Source: Candidatus Caldarchaeales archaeon (GTDB lineage: Archaea; Thermoproteota; Nitrososphaeria_A; Caldarchaeales; Calditenuaceae). Taken from it: a DNA stretch of 20,076 nucleotides. This document shows, piece after piece, positions 16,470-20,076 of this stretch. Location: assembly GCA_032249095.1 (NCBI GenBank), contig JAVVGN010000034.1, positions 1-20,076 on the forward strand. The letters run 5' to 3'. Position numbers and translations under genes: made by a program. A model generated the notes under the pieces. The model saw nothing but the letters and a program-made list of their open reading frames with translations, made no database searches and was not told where the DNA came from. The first letter of the stretch is position 1, and each line of letters opens with the position of its first letter.

Positions 16470-17147
16470 TTATCTCCCCTCCCCCTTCAGGAGTAGAAGA
16501 AACCCTGCAAAATGCTGTTTGAAAACCTCCTCTGCAACACTCCTATCGTCAAGAATTCTACGGAAAACCTCAAGCCTCCCCTCTTCACTCAAATCATTCC
16601 ACGCATCCTTTGAATCACCCTGCACAGTAACACCGGCCAACCTCACTAGATGATCCTCAATCTTGTGGCTGGGACCGACCACATCGTCAAGCCCATTAAT
16701 AACTACAACAAACTTAAACCTATGGTCCCCCAGAATACACTTATAACATATTAAACGTCCCCCAACCGAATTCTCTATCTCCTCACATTTTACACCAATT
16801 TCGTTCAGTTTCCTCATAATTATTTCACTTAATGCAGACAGCTCGTCGCTCTCTTGGTCGAGTATGAATGCAATGGTTTTATAGTATTTAACAATTGTTT
16901 TTAATGTCTGTATAGCTCCATCTCGAGTATAGGTGGGCTTTACTATTGCGGCTGTTTTATTACCGTTGAGGTGGTGGCATATTAGCGGCACAACAACATA
17001 GTCCTCTCTCCCATCACCCAAAACGATTAACGAATCTGTTGGTGTTGCTTTGTCTGCAAGCATCTTCTGGGGGAGCTGCTTATCGATTTTACGCAGTTTA
17101 GACCTGATATTGTCATAGAGTTTGTTGTCTAATGGACAGGATCTCAT
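16470..17147 (-). CDS. Hypothetical 225-aa partner of the ABC-type ATPase; possibly Toprim-like (DUF4276/DUF3226/DUF4435-type)
   Basis: The start ATG overlaps the ATPase stop (ATGA, 17147-17144). The gene is AT-rich. Acidic motifs occur in Toprim-like order: IVLGDGRED (aa 41-49), FILDQESDE (aa 94-102), KIEDHL (aa 162-167). A CHH (aa 57-59) and a CxxC (CYKC, aa 134-137) are also present. The fold assignment is an inference only. Confidence 0.8.
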   Translation of the reverse strand: MRSCPLDNKLYDNIRSKLRKIDKQLPQKMLADKATPTDSLIVLGDGREDYVVVPLICHHLNGNKTAAIVKPTYTRDGAIQTLKTIVKYYKTIAFILDQESDELSALSEIIMRKLNEIGVKCEEIENSVGGRLICYKCILGDHRFKFVVVINGLDDVVGPSHKIEDHLVRLAGVTVQGDSKDAWNDLSEEGRLEVFRRILDDRSVAEEVFKQHFAGFLLLLKGEGR

Positions 17148-18172
17148 AGCAGGAAAACTTCGGCATATCGTGGATCAATACCTGCCTTAGCCCACTCCTC
17201 CAACTCGTCCGGCTTTACCCTCCTAGCCCTCAGCTTCCCATCCCTAAGCGAGGTAAGCAAAACAGTTGCGTCCTTGACGTATGCAATGATTTTTTCGACG
17301 ACTTCAAGGCTGTGGGTGGACACGATAACCTGTTTCCCCTCTTCAACCAAGTCAGCGAACCACTCCGTAACGTGGGATAAAAGCCGTGGATTGAAATGTG
17401 TTTCCAAGTCGTCCCACAAAACCACATCAGGCTTATAGTGCTCGTAAAGCATCCTATTGATGATGTAAAGATGTACACCAGCACCGAGGTCGCCTAACCT
17501 AATTCTAGTCCCGTCAGCCAAGAGTACATAGAAAGTTATGGAGCCGGCCATAAAGGGCTCAGCGCTAATATTCCAGTATTCCTCCGAAACAAATCTCGAG
17601 ACATCCTTAGCGATGAGAGCAGGGACCCCCGTGTTCAAAATCTCAATCCACTTACTTTGCAAGTATTCATATGCGAACTTCACTAATTTTGTTGAGAAAA
17701 TTAAAGTATTGTCCGTAATTAATACATGTTTTAATAAATATAACTGGGAGTCAATTCTACCGTCGGGATATATATATCCCAGATACATATAATCTCTCTC
17801 ACCAACTCTGCGTGTGTAGGAAGAATATCCAACAGGTAAATAATTCGTATATATACCAATACCCTCTCCAGGCTCTTTTGTGAATAATAGTTCTCGATCG
17901 TCAACTTTTATTACTATGTTTTTTGCAATATATTTGTTAAACAGGAAAGTATATCCTTTCTCCAATAGTGTTTTATGACATTCTTGTAGCACTTCAATGG
18001 CAGTTGGGGGATAGTACGGGACCAGTCTGAATGGGTTTGGTGCGAGGAATAGCGCCTCGAGTATTGTTGTTTTTCCCGAGTTATTAGGACCGACGAGTAT
18101 TGTGAGTTTGTCTAGCTCAACCTCGCCCTCGACGACGCCTTTGAAGTTTTCAAGCCTGAGCCGTTTTATCAT
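17144..18172 (-). CDS. SMC/OLD-type ABC ATPase (AAA_15/AAA_21-like)
   Basis: The N-terminus IKRLRLENFKGV...LTILVGPNNSGKTTILEAL is the RecF/SMC/OLD-type head with Walker A at 18068-18091. It also has a signature-like LGDLGAGV, Walker B DVVLWDDLE, and QVIVSTHS (the His-loop region). The gene is very AT-rich. Confidence 0.88.
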   Translation of the reverse strand: MIKRLRLENFKGVVEGEVELDKLTILVGPNNSGKTTILEALFLAPNPFRLVPYYPPTAIEVLQECHKTLLEKGYTFLFNKYIAKNIVIKVDDRELLFTKEPGEGIGIYTNYLPVGYSSYTRRVGERDYMYLGYIYPDGRIDSQLYLLKHVLITDNTLIFSTKLVKFAYEYLQSKWIEILNTGVPALIAKDVSRFVSEEYWNISAEPFMAGSITFYVLLADGTRIRLGDLGAGVHLYIINRMLYEHYKPDVVLWDDLETHFNPRLLSHVTEWFADLVEEGKQVIVSTHSLEVVEKIIAYVKDATVLLTSLRDGKLRARRVKPDELEEWAKAGIDPRYAEVFLL

Positions 18173-18198
18173 GCCATGTTTTCACATGCCTTGCAAGG

Positions 18199-18204
18199 TT
18201 ATAA
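18199..18204 (-). promoter_or_regulatory. TATA box for the ATPase-partner operon
   Basis: TTATAA lies 27-32 nt upstream (in the minus sense) of the ATG at 18172. This is leaderless-type spacing. Confidence 0.45.
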
Positions 18205-18213
18205 GATTGTTGG

Positions 18214-18639
18214 TTGTTTGGGAGTAATGTGACGCCTTCCTCCGGGGTCCGTCCAGCCCTAATCTCTTCATCCTTTTACATGGCTCTCTGCCTAAGCGGG
18301 GCGTCGGACTGGGAGGGGACGCTGATCCGGGAGCTCGGGCCGGAATCCCTCGCGAGGCACCACATATTCCCGAGGAGCCTCTTCAGGGCTGTGGGCGAGG
18401 AGGAGGGCTACGTCTCAGGGATGGAGAACGTGACCCTGATATCGCCTGCCCTGAACTCCGAGCTCTCCGACAGGCCACCGGCTGATTATCTTCAGCGATA
18501 TGGGGAGGAGCTCCGGAAGCACCTCATACCCACGGATAGGGAGCTGTGGGGTAAGGATAGGTTCGAGGAGTTCTGCGAGAGGAGGGCCGAGCTGATCCAT
18601 TCGTTCCTCAGGGAGAGGATGCCGAGGGTGGTGAAGTGA
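18214..18639 (+). CDS. C-terminal His-Me-finger fragment of a DUF262/DUF1524 (GmrSD-type) protein; probably a truncated remnant
   Basis: LARHHIFPRSLF...ENVTLISPALNSELSDRPPADYL matches the HHIFP...N.t.i....N......P..Y nuclease module found at the C-terminus of DUF262-family type IV restriction-like proteins. No N-terminal DUF262 part is present. The ORF begins (TTG 18214 or ATG 18280) right at the edge of the AT-rich cassette. Confidence 0.5.
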   Translation: MFGSNVTPSSGVRPALISSSFYMALCLSGASDWEGTLIRELGPESLARHHIFPRSLFRAVGEEEGYVSGMENVTLISPALNSELSDRPPADYLQRYGEELRKHLIPTDRELWGKDRFEEFCERRAELIHSFLRERMPRVVK

Positions 18640-18742
18640 GGCCAAGTCTGGTAGATAGGGAAGCCCCCTCCACTTGCCCGCGCCTCAATTGTCTGGAAGC
18701 CCTAAATATTGTTCCTTAGTCCCAGAGGGTTGTGGCGGCTTG

Positions 18743-19721
18743 GTGAGGGCGAGGTTTCTGGTGGCTGTTTTGGTGTCGGCGGCGCTGCTGTTCTCGGTCC
18801 TAGCGCTAGGCGGCATCTACCAAACTGGCGAGCCTAGGGGGAGGGAGGTTGGCTCTGGAGGAGGGGCTGAACTAACAATTACTACGCGGAGAGAGACGAC
18901 GCAGGGATCCACACAAACCACGGCTCGCGAAACCATAGTGATATATTCCGCTACCGAGAGGTGGCCGGAGGCTAGGGCGGTACTCGCTTTTCGAGGTAAT
19001 CGATGTTGCGGGGAACGTCTCCCTCTCGGTCGTCTATTTTGAGCGGGTTCCGGTCCCAGATGCGGTCTACTACGAGCCGCTCCCGAATGGTTCTGTGGTG
19101 ACGCATCTCAACGCAACTTACGTGCCGAGGCAGAATGAGACGATCTATCTCGCGACAGTCGCGTACATTGTTCGTGGTGATCCCTAGGGAGAGGGGGATC
19201 AAGGTGCCGGAAACTCTTTGCATCCGGCGGCAAGAGAGCCCGGAAACCCTGGCGAACTGCTTCATAATCCCCGGCCTAGCCACGGACCTGCTCCGCGGGA
19301 CGATCACCAGGGCGCTGGATTTGGGTTGAAGGTCTTGTCGGGAGAGGAGTTGAGGCTGGACCTCATCGACGAGGATGGTAGGCGCTACGCCCCTGTGGAG
19401 AGGGTTGTCGTCGGTGTGATGAATATTACAAGTGGTGGATCTTGGTAACTGGCCTACATGGAGTATGCGCTGCGCGGGTTGGGTGAGAACGTCGTCGGCA
19501 GGGGCTCGTACGCATACATACTTCCAGAGGATGCGGGGCCCCAATACCTCTACCTATACGTCTCCAAGACAGGCCTACTGTCCATACTTGACCCCGAGAA
19601 GGAGCGGCCAGTCGCCCTGATCAGGGTCGGGCGAGATCCAGATCCCGCACGAGTGCGTAGCTACCGCTTAACTAGCGTTGTATCGTGTTCCTGTGGAGGC
19701 CGGAGGTTACTTCCCCGGTAG
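18743..19721 (+). pseudogene. Decayed secreted/surface protein gene (several frameshifts plus an in-frame stop)
   Basis: The GTG at 18743 gives the signal anchor MRARFLVAVLVSAALLFSVLALGG followed by a Thr-rich linker. Protein-like reading then hops between frames:
- frame of 18942-19187: EVIDVAGNVSLSVVYFERVPVPDAVYYEPLPNGSVVTHLNATYVPRQNETIYLATVAYIVRGDP*
- 19135-19329: ...PRERGIKVPETL...
- 19218-19448: ...LKVLSGEELRLDLIDEDGRRYAPVERVVVGVMNITSGGSW*
- 19458-19721, in frame after a TAA: YLYLYVSKTGLLSILDPEKERPVALIRVGRDP, which is YVTN-repeat-like. Confidence 0.45.
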
Positions 19722-20076
19722 TTTCCGCCAATGACTCCGCTCCGAGCGGCGACTCCGCGTCGCCTAGGGTGCGGGAGAACCCGTGAGGCGTGGGGAGGCG
19801 GGAAGCCCGTGGGTAAGAGGTCTCTAGACTCTTAAGCCTAACACTCGCATCAATGTGGCCGGTGCGGGGGCTGTAAAATAGGCGGATCTTATAGCTCCTC
19901 GGGCAACACTTAGAAGGGGGTTGGGCAGTACTTGACGCGTCAAAGAGATGCCAAAAATATAGACAATACGTCGCTCCAAAGTCTCTTCCTCCAAGGGTCG
20001 GCTCTAGACTATTCATTACCTTATTCATGAGCTAGAGCTCGTCTCCAAACTATTTAAGCTTCTTCTGAGCATGGTG

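Noticed and set aside
18972-19544. 190-aa minus-strand ORF
   Set aside because: The sequence is Arg/Pro/Ser-rich and motif-free. It lies opposite plus-strand segments that read as a coherent, though frameshifted, secreted protein, so I judged it a shadow ORF.
19672-20028. 118-aa minus-strand ORF near the window end
   Set aside because: It has no motifs and odd composition, and it overlaps the hairpin-rich non-coding stretch. I cannot support it as a gene.
1-20076. CRISPR arrays, tRNA or rRNA genes, transposases or integrases
   Set aside because: I saw no regularly spaced direct repeats, no T-loop/acceptor-stem pattern (GGTTCRAATCC-like), and no DDE, tyrosine or serine recombinase motifs in any listed ORF.

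Overview
The window reads as a chromosomal segment of a thermophilic, crenarchaeon-like archaeon. It carries archaea-specific genes, and TATA-like boxes sit about 25-30 nt upstream of many start codons, so transcripts look largely leaderless.

Positions 1-8409 are ordinary core genome:
- an overlapping S8e-SRP19-Gar1 operon
- a CoxG / MoxR-type AAA+ ATPase / VWA (CoxE-like) / MoeA cluster
- Orc1/Cdc6 converging on, and overlapping, an RFC small + large subunit operon

From about 8.4 kb onward the DNA looks accessory or decaying:
- a 556-bp gap containing a stop-riddled ORF remnant
- a lower-GC block (about 8.94-14.5 kb) encoding a DUF559/Vsr-like PD-(D/E)xK nuclease-fold protein and a 1588-aa membrane-anchored transglutaminase-like surface protein whose catalytic Cys position is Ser
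- a GC-rich structured RNA that I read as the RNase P RNA, whose 5' third appears to overlap the end of the giant CDS
- a very GC-rich orphan gene preceded by a start-less wHTH-like ORF interrupted by a TAG codon
- a strongly AT-rich two-gene cassette (SMC/OLD-type ABC ATPase translationally coupled to a 225-aa possibly Toprim-like partner)
- a truncated GmrSD/DUF1524-like His-Me-finger fragment abutting that cassette
- a secreted-protein gene decayed by multiple frameshifts

The best candidate for an undescribed system is the compact ATPase + partner cassette at 16470-18172, sitting in what looks like a small, eroding defence islet.

I found no CRISPR array, tRNA or rRNA. All homology statements rest on motif recognition by eye, not on searches.
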